A stretch of 64,000 bases of DNA, filler included, from Welwitschia mirabilis (taxonomy: Eukaryota), in the NCBI GenBank assembly GCA_051453625.1. It is 4 parts of one record of this genome, joined end to end, with 100 filler letters (N's around TTAATTAATTAA, not from the genome) between each part and the next. Parts side by side here need not be neighbours in the genome. Positions count along the whole stretch, not along the records: positions 21,461 to 47,108 come from JBOZIK010000001.1; positions 47,209 to 54,566 come from JBOZIK010000001.1; 2 more parts are not named here. One strand, 5' to 3'. Positions 38,201-50,200 of this stretch are shown piece by piece (position 1 is the first letter of the stretch; each line of letters starts with the position of its first letter). The notes under the pieces are model-generated. The model was not told the DNA's origin and did not search any database. It saw only the letters and a list, made by a program, of their open reading frames with translations. A program made the translations under genes and the position numbers.

Positions 38201-39270
38201 ATAAGAAACTTGACAACTTTATGCGGGAACAAAAATGTAAAAGGAGTGATGTAGATCAATGTATTTATCTCCGTGTATAGGCTTCTGGTGAGATTGTTAT
38301 TTCATTGTTGTATGTTGATGATATGCTTGTTACTGGAAATGACATACAAGAAATTATGAGGTTGAAAATGGAGATGGGAAAGCACTTTGCAACTAAGGAC
38401 TTAGGTCCTGCAAAACAGATTCTTTGAATGAAAATTTCTAGGGATAGATCATGTGAATAACTGTGCTTAGTCAGTTTGAATACATTGGCAAAGTATTAAA
38501 GTGTTTTAACATAACTGACCGTAAACCGGTTGGAACACCGTTAGTGAGCCATTTTTACTTGTCTCTAGAGGATTGCCCAAAAACAGAGAAGGAATAGGAA
38601 AGAATGGAAACGATTCCTTATGCTTTAGCTATTGGAAGCGTGATGCATGCTACGGTCTGCACAAGACCATATATTTCATATGCAGTGGGAGCTGTCTCAC
38701 GTTTCATGAGCAATTGTCGCCTAAAGCATTGGGAAGCTATAAAATGGATTTTGCACTACCTGAAAGGCACACAAAATTTTTGTTCGAGTTTTGGTCATAC
38801 TTGATTGGATACTATTGGTTGCGTGGATGCTAGTTATGCTTTAGTGTAAAGATATAAGAAAGTCCACTTCTAGTTATGTTTTCGTGACGGGAGGTGGTCT
38901 TGTGAGTTGGATGTCTCATTTGCAAAGAGACATGGCTTTGTCAACTACAAAAGTAGATTACATAGCTATGACAAGGTACTTAAAGAGATGATTTGGCTAA
39001 GATGCTTACTAAATTGGTTTGAATTGAAACAACAATGATATGTGATTTATTGAAATAGTGATAGTGCCATTCATTTGGCACAGAATGCTACTTACCATGC
39101 GAGACAAAGCACCTCGATATGAGGTATCACTTCACTTAGGAAGCATTGGAGGAGAAGAAGTTGGATGCTCACAAAATCCACACTCAGGCGAATCTTGCAA
39201 ATTTCTTAACCAAGGCTATTACTGGAGATAAACATTAGCGGTGTTGTCATAGCATACACTTGGACACATG
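35213..39270 (+). pseudogene. Copia gag-pol, disrupted
   Basis: ORF pieces 35575-35793 (gag), 36115-36372 (protease), 36682-36879 and 37386-37664 (integrase), 38032-38280 and 38604-38804 (RT). Stops and frameshifts lie between them. Confidence 0.9.
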
Positions 39271-39463
39271 ATCTAAGCAAGCTTGGAAAGCAATGCATCT
39301 CTGGAGCTACCTCGAAGATGTGCTAAATTTGTCTTCAAGTGGGAGAATGTTGATATGTGAATCCAAATTTATTCCTTGTAAATGTTCCTAATATTATGTT
39401 TTTACGTTGGGCCCACTTTAATATTGTAAAAGGAGGTTTCTATTTTAAAACCGTCCTTGGGGG

Positions 39464-39797
39464 TGTTAGGTAGAGATGGAACATGTGTCAATAGAGGGAT
39501 GAGACCTTGTTTAGGGTTTGGCTTATAGCCCTAATTGGCTATAACCCTTGGCCTATTTAAAGGTGGTGTGAGAGTTGTTTGAAGAGAGAGTTCATAGAGT
39601 TCTGTGAGGCACACTTGCCTGAAGCCTGTTCTTGGCTTGAAGCCTAATTTTGGCTTGTAATTTCTATGATTGATAATAGAGCTCTGCATTGCTTTCCTGT
39701 GGTTTTTCGCCTCATTGGGGTTTTCCATGTAAATCATTGTCTCTGTTTTCTCTTGTTGCAATTTTTAATCACTTTGCTGTTGTGTATTTTCGTAACA
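39464..39797 (+). repeat. 3' LTR of the copia element
   Basis: TG...CA termini, homology to 34775-35070, followed by TSD GATGA. Confidence 0.9.
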
Positions 39798-40272
39798 GAT
39801 GATAAGGTGGGCATTGGTAGTGGCCTTACACCGAGTGGATAGTATTCCTCTGCACCGAATATGTAACTCAAACAAATCCTTGCTTTTTCATCAGTTGAGG
39901 GTTTAATGTGTTTACTCTAGTTTGTTCTTCCCACTTGAGACAACACTTGAGTATAGGACATATAGCTAGGTAATGTTGGTAAATGTAGAGCTCATAGTCC
40001 TTTAACTCTTTGCTCTCATTGCATCCTAGTCTGTTACATTAAGTCATTAACTAGGTTCAAAAGGAAGCCACAATTGTTTTACTACATTAATTCATTCTGA
40101 TGACTGTAATTGCTTATCGAGCTCTCCTTTCAGATTTTGCCAGCTTGAGGGATACCTTGTCCATAACTAATANNNNNNNNNNNNNNNNNNNNNNNNNNNN
40201 NNNNNNNNNNNNNNNNNNNNNNNNNNNNNNNNNNNNNNNNNNNNNNNNNNNNNNNNNNNNNNNNNNNNNNNN

Positions 40273-40376
40273 GATTGATTTTGTATTTCAGGTTAATTGT
40301 GAAGATTTAGATTCATATTCATATTTCGCAATAAAATTTAAATTACCCTATTCAGAGTGCTTCTTTGATCGTAACA
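40273..40376 (+). mobile_element. Probable LTR 3' terminus inserted into the RNase H of the neighbouring SIRE-like pol
   Basis: Ends ACCCTATTCAGAGTGCTTCTTTGATCGTAACA, right where RNase H homology stops after CDNTSI. The rest is in the gap. Confidence 0.5.
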
Positions 40377-42228
40377 TACAATACTTGTGTTGTCACAAAA
40401 TAACTTTATCAAATCCATTTTTACACCAAAGTCTATAAGCATTTGTTTCATCCACAAGAGTTGGGCACAACAGGCTCCTATAGCGATGTACTCAGCTTCG
40501 GTTGTTGACAATAATGTTGTGTCTTGCTTTCTACTTAACCAAGAAACTAGGCAGTTTCCCATCTAAAAACAAGTACCACTTATACTTTTTTTGTCATCAA
40601 CACATTCAGCCCAATCAGTATCACTAAATCCTACTAAATCAATAGTAGTATCATAAGGGTACCGAAGCCCAAAATGTTGAGTGTTCTTTAGGTATCTCAA
40701 GATCCTTTCAAATTAAATGAGATTCCCTTGGATCTAATTGATATCTTGCACAAATATCTACACTATGTGCTATATCTTGTTTGCTAGCTATTACATGCAA
40801 TAAACTTCCAATTATTCCTCTAAATAGCTTTTGATCTATTTTCATACCACTTTCATCTTTACTAATTTTCACATTGGTGGAAAGAGGATTTCTTGCATCT
40901 TTAGCACTTATCATATCATACTCCTTTAGAACATCTTGTATGTACTTGGTTTGACTAACAAATATTCCATCATCTATTTGTTTAATTTGTAGTCCTAAGA
41001 AAAAGTTTACCTCACCTACCATGCTCATTTCAAATTCTTCTTGCATTGTTTTAACAAACTTTTTGGCAAAAGAAGTTTTGGTAAAACCAAAGACTATGTC
41101 ATCAACATAGATTTGAGCTAACAACATCTCATTTTCTTCATGTTTGATGAACAAGGTTGGATCAGCATGCCCCATTTTAAAACCATTTGACACTACGAAA
41201 GAATTTAGTCTTTTAAACTAAGCTCTGGGAGCTTGCTTCAATCCATATAATACTTTATTTAATTTAAACACATGATTTGGAAACTTTGGATCTATGAATC
41301 TGGGCAGTTGAGCTACACAGACCTCTTCATTGATATAACCATTCAAAAAGGCACTTTAACATCCATGTGAAAATATTTAATCTTATGATAGCATGCAAAT
41401 GCAAGAAGCATTCGAATGGATTCTAGTCTAGCAACAGGGCCAAACATTTCTCCACAATCTATTCCCTCCTGTTAGCTATACCATTGAGCAGCCAAACGAG
41501 CTTTGTTTTGGATGATGTTATGCTTCCCGTCTCTCTTGTTTTGAACACTCATTTAGTTCCAATGATATGTTTACCTTTGGGAGGAGGAACTAAATTCCAC
41601 ACTTTGTTTCTCTCAAATTGGTTTAGCTCTTATTGCATTGCTATCATCCAACTATCATCCTTTTCTGCCTCCTGGAATTCTTGGGTTCTAGACAGGATAA
41701 GAAACAAAGGAGACCATGGCTAATCCTCTTTCTACTCCTAGTGGTTGTCCCTAGCTCAGGGTTACAATAACTTCTTGGGAATGATCTCTCTTAGTTCTTT
41801 GATGAAGGGTGTGACACGAGTTAGTTTCTTCCTTTTTTTCACTAGAGCCTATGGTGGAAGGTTGATCTTTGTGAGTAGAAGGCCCAGACAAGATTTTTGT
41901 ATAATCATAACTATCTAAGCAAGTGAGATTACTAAAGTCATCAATTTTAACATGGGCCGATTCTTCTACTTTGCTAGTAACTTTGTTTAGTACCCTGTAA
42001 GCTTTCCTTACTGGCGAGTATCCTAAAAATATGTCACTATCGGATTTCGATTCAAATTTACTTGTTGGATGCTTGTCCTTTAGAATGGCACATTTACTCT
42101 CAAAAACCTTGAACTAGCTTACATTAGGTTTCTTCCCATATAAAAGATCATAAGTCATTTTCGAGGTACCTAATTTGAGGAAAACTTTGTTTGAAACATA
42201 ATAGGCTATGCTTGTCATTTCTACCCAC
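40377..42228 (-). pseudogene. SIRE-like copia pol fragment (integrase C-terminal half, RT, RNase H)
   Basis: ORF 40708-41193 AQIYVDDIVFG...EFEMSMVGEVNFFLGLQIKQ. ORF 40338-40562 VSWLSRKQ..LSTTEAEYIA...CDNTS. Integrase LWVEMTSIAYYVSNKVFL at ~42.2 kb. Confidence 0.9.
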
Positions 42229-43190
42229 AGAGGGGAGGTGAATAGGGTAATAACGATATTTTGATTAATTTTTGCAGAAATATAAATCTGGTATCATAAA
42301 TATTGGATAATAAACGAATAAAAAACTAAAATGAAAGAACAGAAGAATAAGAGCACTAGATTTTATAGTGGTTCGGGCAAGCCTACTCCACTCTCAGGGG
42401 GCAGCAAATAGCTATCAGTCTCCTGGTTCCCTTAATCCAAGATCTTTACAAAGCCTCCTTCACAAGGAGTTTGTAGGGCCTTCACCCCTTTGCTCAAATC
42501 CTTGAGCCTCTTACAACAATCAAAGAATAGAGAGAGAGAGAGGGATTTCTGATGGAGCAAGATGCTTAAATTGCACAGGGCATCAACATTGAGAGCTTCA
42601 GATCAATCCTTGATGATGATGAATGATTGCATGAGTTCAGTCCAGATCTCTGTATATTGACACAAATTCCTTCAAGTGATATTTTCTCAAGGTAAGCAAA
42701 ATGTACTTCAATCCACTACATGAAGGTATATATAGATCCAAGACATAGAAGAGCCGTTGGAGTTTGGAAACCACAGTTAACGTCTTTAAACGGCTATAAT
42801 TTCGCGTCAACGAATATATCCTCGGATGTCCCATCGACAAAGGTTAGATGTCCCTTTTTTTAATCTTCGCTTCTGGGCAACTGAGAACAGGGCAGACGTC
42901 CCAGTTTATCAAGTCAGACGTCCTTGTATAAAAGTCCGTATATAGGGTCGGACGTCCCAATTTGACAGGGTGGACATCCTAGTATAATAAATCTGCGAAC
43001 AGGGTCGGATGTCCCAATTTGACAGGTCGGACGTCCCTGTATATAAAACCGAGTACAGCTCCGGATGTCCTGATTACTCAGGACGGACATCCCAATACAA
43101 AAAATTGCATAGAAAGTCAGACGTCCCAATTAGACAGGGCGAACGTCCTAATTTGGAGAAATCTTGTTTTCTTAAGTTAGAAACTTCGTC
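42229..43190 (-). mobile_element. SIRE-like LTR (partial) with GGACGTCC palindrome array
   Basis: Reverse complement of 33819-34450. Repeated GGGACGTCC variants at 42820-43150. Confidence 0.8.
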
Positions 43191-43199
43191 ATTGAAAAT

Positions 43200-43745
43200 A
43201 ATTGCTACAACGCCAAGTTTTTTCTCTTGCTCTTGTTCCTGTTTAGAAGACATTGGAATATCAAAACCATGTGCCTTTAGCCCAAATTTAATTCTGCTAC
43301 ATAACTTGTGAATTTTCTTGACGTGACGAAGAATTTCATCTAACTTGTCATCTTGAGAAGCAGGTTGAGGAGACACATGCCTTTTCTTGGAAGGGGGAGG
43401 AGCTGTCCTTTCTTCTTCTTCTTCATCAAATACATGTGTTTTCTTTAAAGAAGAGATCCTAAGAAGCCATGGTAGTTTAACAAGATCTTTATCTTTTGGC
43501 ATTGGGATATCGTTATCTAGGAAAATTGTTGTCAGCAACCCACCATATGGAAGACTTAAATTGTTGTGATGAACATTTTGGCCCATGTAATATATGATGT
43601 ATTGACACAAATTGATTGTCACCGATGTACCAATGCAATACATAATGTAAGCTGTGAGAGGTGCATCTTTATGATCCAACTTTGTGACAATATTGTGAGT
43701 GCAAATATGAACAAGAGCCCTATAAAAAGATAGAAGTTTGTTGGG
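43200..43745 (-). pseudogene. Sirevirus env-like / extra-ORF fragment
   Basis: Within ORF 43074-43811: LVHICTHNIVTK...INLCQYIIYYM...SLPYGGLLTTIF. The LPYG.LLT.IF motif is typical of the post-pol ORF of SIRE elements. Confidence 0.65.
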
Positions 43746-45274
43746 ATGGAAATGTTGGATCCAATGAAACTGAAGGCAATGAAAGTTGAGAACCAAGATC
43801 AACATTACCAATACCAGTTACAATAGAGGTAGTGCCATCAGCTAAAGTAACTCCAGAAGATGTTTGTTACACATATGAAAGCTAAGACAAGGACCCAATC
43901 ATGTGATCTAAAGCACCTAACTCAAGAATCCAAGGATGGTTTGTGAGGAAGATGAGGAGGAGGGGGCTTAAGATTGTAAAGAAAGAAGCTTGGAGTATTC
44001 CTCCTTTAAGATTGTTACTTGTTCAAAAGATTATTTAGGTGATACCTTTTGAGGTGCTGGAAGATTCTGAGTGGCATAAGCTATAGTATTACCGCCTTTG
44101 TACGTCCTTTTGTACCACAATGGTTGCATCAATGTTCTCCTTGGGTAGGGGTTCTACTACCATGTCTTCCCTTTGAATTTGAACATCTTTCTTATCTTCC
44201 ACGTGGGCTACATCTACTAGGATGTCCTCCATGGTCTCTACCATGTTCTCATCTGAATGTAACAAATGCTAATTTATCATATTGAGGGTTAAATGACTCA
44301 AAAAATGTCACCCTTCTCAATCCCGCAAAAAGCCTTTGAAAGAGATAGCAAAGAAGAATCTTCAAGGATTTGAGCTCTTATAGGTTCATGTTCACTCTTA
44401 AGGCCACACAGAAAATGCATAACATTGAAATCTTTTCTCTGCTTAGTCACCTTAGCAACATCTAAAGAAATAGGCTAAAACATATTAAGCTCATTACATA
44501 TTCTACTCTGTTTGAAAAATATTCTTCTAAACTCTTTTCTCCGCGTTTGGTGTTGAAAAAGGCTCGGAATGTAGGATGTATCCTAGTCATGTTACTGGTA
44601 GCAAATAAAGTTCACATAGGTGCTCCCACACAAGCTTAGCACTCTTCAGAAGAATCACTCGACTACTGATGTTAGGCTTTATAGAGTTCTACAACATGGT
44701 ACAGATGTATGCATCATCTTGTATCCAATCCTTAAATCAAATGTCTGTGGAGAGAAGGGAATCATCAGCTATGTACTGTAGCTTGTCCCTAGTAGTTAAG
44801 GACATTGCTACAATGATAGATCACAACAAATAATATTCTCCCTTGAGTTCCATGGAAGTCTTATGAAGGGCCTGAGACTCAAAAGAAGACATTACGAACA
44901 ACTTTGTAGAATCAGATGTTTTAGAAGAACTCATCCTTTTTTTCCCTTTTCCTTTTCTTAAGTTGCAACAATAAGCAACAACGCCACCAAAAAAGGCGCA
45001 ACAGAAGCCCTATAAAAGGCCTCTTGAAAGGATTTTGATCAAACACGCTAGACAAACTCCAAAACTAGGGTTTAAACACTTCAACACACAACCAACAACA
45101 AAACAGTAGCAAAGCATCTTCTGTAAAGCACAGACAAAGGGTATCAACACAATCCTAGTTATAATAGAAAAAGGCTGAAAACAATGAAGCCACCACAAAC
45201 CCTACCTGTCTCTAGTAAAACATCTTCAAGAAATCACAAGAAAGGGACGTCTTAGAACATCGCAACAAGGCACT
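43746..45274 (-). mobile_element. 5' fragment of a different copia (Ale-like): leader, gag, protease
   Basis: - strand: zinc knuckle CNHCGTKG (~44110), protease PWILELGALDHM (~43900-43937), then VTLADG...GIGNVDLGSQLSLPSV. Truncated at ~43745. Confidence 0.75.
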
Positions 45275-46144
45275 NNNNNNNNNNNNNNNNNNNNNNNNNN
45301 NNNNNNNNNNNNNNNNNNNNNNNNNNNNNNNNNNNNNNNNNNNNNNNNNNNNNNNNNNNNNNNNNNNNNNNNNNNNNNNNNNNNNNNNNNNNNNNNNNNN
45401 NNNNNNNNNNNCAGTTAGGTTACATGAGCTCTCAAGCCCTAGATGTTAGTGTTTGTTGAAACTTTACTTTATGACTCTATAATACGACATTACTTTACAA
45501 CATTGACTCCTCTAACATATAATACATCTGTACATCAACGCACAATACAATACAATGATACGCAAAACTAACATTTAAACTTTAGCCTTCAAAAAATGGC
45601 CCAATCAATTATGAACTAGGCTATGTAGCCCACGATATCCTGTTAATGATGGGTTACTTCATCTCGATATTACCTTTAAGTGCCTTAGTGGAGTGGACAA
45701 TATGTGCAAAGAAAGTGACGACATGGATAGGGGATGATGCATAGGAATGGCATGGGTATAATGATGTTTCATTATGTATGATGGCAAGGGATGACTGACC
45801 CATTTGGTGAAGAGAACCTTGGGATGAAGATTCCTTAAATTATGTATGGCTAATTTAAACCATTATGTAACTATCAAATGAGATTAGTAATCTAGAATTT
45901 ATATTTTTATTATCAAAGTAGCAGTTAACATATGAAGGTTTATGAGATTGAAACTTGTATTTTATTATGTCAAGAGAAAGATTTATAGGATATATTGGAC
46001 AGGATTAATGTATATGTTAAAAACTTTTATGAAAAAGAAAGACATATAGTATACATAGTTTAACATAAAGCCTACATACACTGTTGATGATAGTATGAAT
46101 GTGGAGCTCCATGCTTCCTCTTTTGTGTCAAGATTTCAAGATAG

Positions 46145-47108
46145 TGTTGGAGGAAACATATGAGGAGTTTCAATGATGAACAAGATAAAGTATCTAACCA
46201 GCTCACAAAGGTCAAAGTGGAAGTAAAGATCGTTGCTATCTCTCATGATCTACTCGTCAAAGGAATCCAAGTTTAATTGACTCAAAAGCCAAGTCCAAAT
46301 TATGGGGACACCCCAGTTTTTTTGTGGGATGTCTGAGATTTCTCAGCCATAGAAACAGGTTGAATGGGACCTAGGATGTCTTGGTTTTTTGGTGGGACAT
46401 CCTAGATTTTTTCTAGGAGTTCTTAGACTTCTTCTAGGACATCTCAGACTAGGGACATCCGAGATTTTTGGTGGGCCGTTCGAGATATGCAAGCATAAAA
46501 CTAAGACATGGCTGGGACGTCCGGATTTCTGAGTGGGACATCCTAGATTTTATGGAAGATTGACGAAAAGCAGTTGGGACATCCATGATTAATTGTGGGA
46601 TGTCCGGAACGCGAAGCAAAGTGAACGTTGGATGGAAATCGATGTCAAATCAGAAAGGAATCAAGCTTCATTTACTCCCAACGGTTGGTAGACATGCATT
46701 GGTATCTCGAAGGTCGAGAATGACTGCCTCCTGTGAAGACCTTGTATTTCAATGATGATGAAGGATAGGCAGTGGTGTGTTTCAATAGACGTGCAAATTA
46801 GAAACTGTGCCTTTTGGGACATCCGAGTTTTCCACAGGGATGTCTGTTCTTGTACGCGGCCAAATATATGGGGACATCCGCAACTCTCAATCCGGACGTC
46901 CGACCCTGTACGCGGCTCAATGTATAGGGACGTCCACTTTGTTACTGGGATGTCCGATCCTGAACTCGATTAAATGTATGGGGACGTCCGCTCTGTTACC
47001 AAGACCTCCGACTCTGTATACGGTTGCATGTATGAGGACTTTCGCGTCTGTCACAGGGATCTCCGGCCTTGCTTTGGAAGATCAAATATGGGGACGTTTG
47101 AGTTTCAA
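46145..47108 (+). mobile_element. 5' part of a SIRE-like LTR with two clusters of GGACGTCC-type repeats
   Basis: Starts TGTTGG...GTTTCAATGATGAACAAG. GGGACRTCC motif clusters at ~46300-46610 and ~46815-47100, same motif as 42820-43150. Runs into a gap. Confidence 0.7.
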
Positions 47109-47208
47109 NNNNNNNNNNNNNNNNNNNNNNNNNNNNNNNNNNNNNNNNNNNNTTAATTAATTAANNNNNNNNNNNNNNNNNNNNNNNNNNNNNNNNNNNN
47201 NNNNNNNN

Positions 47209-50200
47209 GGTAGTAGTTATATATTCTGAAAGTTAAGTGTTAGCATCATCATAAGAATCTCTACCAAATGGAAAACAAGAGAAACCTTTTACCTAATATC
47301 ATGATTATGTAATAGTTCACTTAATGCTGCAAACTAGGAACTTGCAACCATTCCTTATCCTCATCTCTCCCTATTAAAGGGTCTTAAAACCTGCATTCTA
47401 TCATCTTTGAATTGGGAGAATTATAGAATATTAAAGCATTCATTATGATGGACTTCTAAGAAATTATCTAGGGGAGTGAGCTAGTCTTAAAAATCACTTG
47501 AGAAGTTCTTTAGCACCTTTTTTTCTTTACTTTAAAGTCTTGTTTCTATAATTCATAAATTATTTGCCTTTTAGTTCAAATCATGAGTTATTTTATATTT
47601 GGAATGTTGAGGAAGCAACTTAACCATTAGAGCTTTATTACATTTGAGTGAGCTCTTTTTAATGCTTGATCTAAGTCTTTTAACTTTATAGATTTTAAGT
47701 ACTTAGAATCCTTACTTTTTATTATTGTCTAAGGCTTTGAAGATCAAGTGGCAATTGAGTTCACCATTACTCATATGATAAATGAGATTATGTCCTCATG
47801 ATCTAAGAAAAACACTTGATGGTTTTAATTGTGTTGCAGAAAAGAAATGGACAACATTGAAGTGAAGGATTGCCTAAGGATGAATCAATGATACCTTGAA
47901 GCTAGGTTACTTCCCTTTCTCTCAAGTCAAAGTCGAAACATAACTTAAAATTCATCTTTTTCTTTTCTTTTCTTAAGTTTTATAACCTGCATTAAATTTA
48001 AATTAGTGTAAATTCTGAACCACTACCCATGTTATCCCTTAAGAAGAATATTAACTAAGTGCAAACTTAGTGCAAATTTTTAAACCACTACCCATGTTAT
48101 CCATGAAGAAGAATAATAACTAAGTGCAAACTTAGTTTAAATCTAGACATTATAAAATAACAAATAGATTTAACCACCATTGTTAGGGATAACGACATGG
48201 TGATAGCTTAGAGGATTATTACTTTACTTTTTTGGAAGTTTTTTAAAATAATTTTTGGTTTTCTAGTGGTGGATATTAGTCCTCTTTACTAATGCCTAAA
48301 CTAGTCCATTTTCTTTTGTTTTGTATGTTTAGGTTTCCTTCCGGTATTTGGTACTAGTCATTCTCATGAAACCTGAACTGGTCTAGCTTATTTTAAAGTT
48401 TGTTTTTGATTTTGTACTACCTTTATTCATGCAAGTCTAATGTCTTGTTTACAGGTTGATTTAGCAATAAAACTTAAAATTAAAAAAATTTAATTAGCAT
48501 TACATGCTCTGATTTTAAATTTAGTTTTTCTACATTTTTGTTTGTATGTTTTTATTGCATGTTAAATACATTAAAATCTCTGAAATTTTTTTTGCATGAT
48601 TTTGATAACATTGGACTCAATTTTATTCACCTTTTTCATTTTGGTTTTATTTCTCTATGACTCTATTACTATGATCATTCTGTGTGTGTTTTGCAAATTT
48701 ATCTTAAAAAACTCAATCTACAACTTAAAATCCAACTCACATTGTCACTTTTCCTCACAGGATTCATTATCATCTAAGCCCAAAACATTATAAAACTTCA
48801 CGTAAGTCCTCTGTGTAGACCATACAAAATCTATAACTTACATACTCTCTGAAAATCTGACCCTAAAATTGCTTGATACCCAATCTTAGATGCATTAGAT
48901 TCATAATGAAATTGGAAGAGTAATTCACAATAATATGGATCTTAATACTAATTACAAAAGATTGCAAGATCTTAGATTCTAAAATGGAAACCAATCCCTT
49001 GAATATTACCAAAACAAATAAACCTCGAATTCTTAGAATAACGTGAGCAACCATCAACAAGATCCCTTATCCTCACAACAAAAATAGCATGATCTAAATA
49101 ACATAATTATTAGAGATACATCTACTGAAGACCTCATTACCTATTTAAGAACCTACTAACTTACCTAATAGGTAGCCAAACAACAAGCTATTATCACCAC
49201 TACTACTAATGCAAATCAGCCTAGGAAAATCCTTTGTGATTATCTTCAACTCCGATGCCTATGAATGCCTTCATATATTGTAATGACATCCATAAATCAA
49301 ACATTAGAGTTTAAGCCTTTACCCACATAGCTCTTGTTTTATTTCCATGGATTAGAGTCTAAGGACTCATACCTTCATGTTAAGCAATTTGAGTTTATCC
49401 TATCAATCATTCTTCAATATCCACATACTCATGACACACTTAGGCTTATCTTATTTCCCTTTTCCTTGAAAGAGAAGGTGAAATCCTGGTTATACATTCT
49501 CAAACTTTATTCTATTACAAAAAGGACTAATCTAAGTAAGGAATTCATATTTAAATTCTTTCCTAATCATAAGATGAATGCCTTATGAAAGGAGATAATG
49601 AACTTTTAAAAAAGAGACCATGGCACATTCTGCCAAACCTTAGAGTCATTTAAAGACTTATTACAAAAATGCCCCCAACATAGTTTTGAACCAGGAAGGA
49701 AAAATAAGATTTTTCTATGACGGGTTATCCAGAAGTAACTACCAATTAGTTAAAATGATGAGTAGGGGTAATTTTCTTTAACATGTCCTTAGATAAAGTT
49801 TAGGAATACCTTGAGAGTGTAGTTGAGTTCAAAGTATTGGGAGAAATCCATAGAACCATCTAGATCTTATCATCATGTTAGATTAACAAGTATTTTTAAG
49901 GTTTCCTAAAATTTTAAAATAAATAACAAGCTAAATGAATTGGCATGAAGAGTAGAATCCTTATCACCTCATCCTCAACCTCATCCATAGTTGCTACACT
50001 CAAATGCTTAATTTTCCCCATTTATACTTATGAAATAGCTAAGCGCCTTTCCATTTCTTATTTCTAAATACTATTAATAAATAAGTTAATGCGGTAAGGC
50101 ATAAGTGGTAAAACATGAAATATGACTCAAAATTGTATAATCTTGGGTGGAGGAATTACCCTAATTTTACTTAGAAGTAAGACAATTAGATTAAGCACTA

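Larger units (their letters stand above)
34775..39797 (+). mobile_element. Complete-length degenerate Ty1/copia element (Tork/Tnt1-like) with 5-bp TSD
   Basis: TGTTAGG...GTAACA termini. TSD GATGA at 34770-34774 and 39798-39802. LTRs 34775-~35070 and 39464-39797. Protease WILDSGT (36115-36372), integrase SYFVMFIDDFS, RT QLDIKTAFFNGDL...KSLYGLKQTPRQWY and LLYVDDML, then RNase H, in copia order. Confidence 0.93.

Noticed and set aside
42820-43150. Regularly spaced palindromic repeats resembling a CRISPR array
   Set aside because: The spacers are themselves repetitive, the motif is only ~9 bp, there are no cas genes, and the context is a plant LTR.
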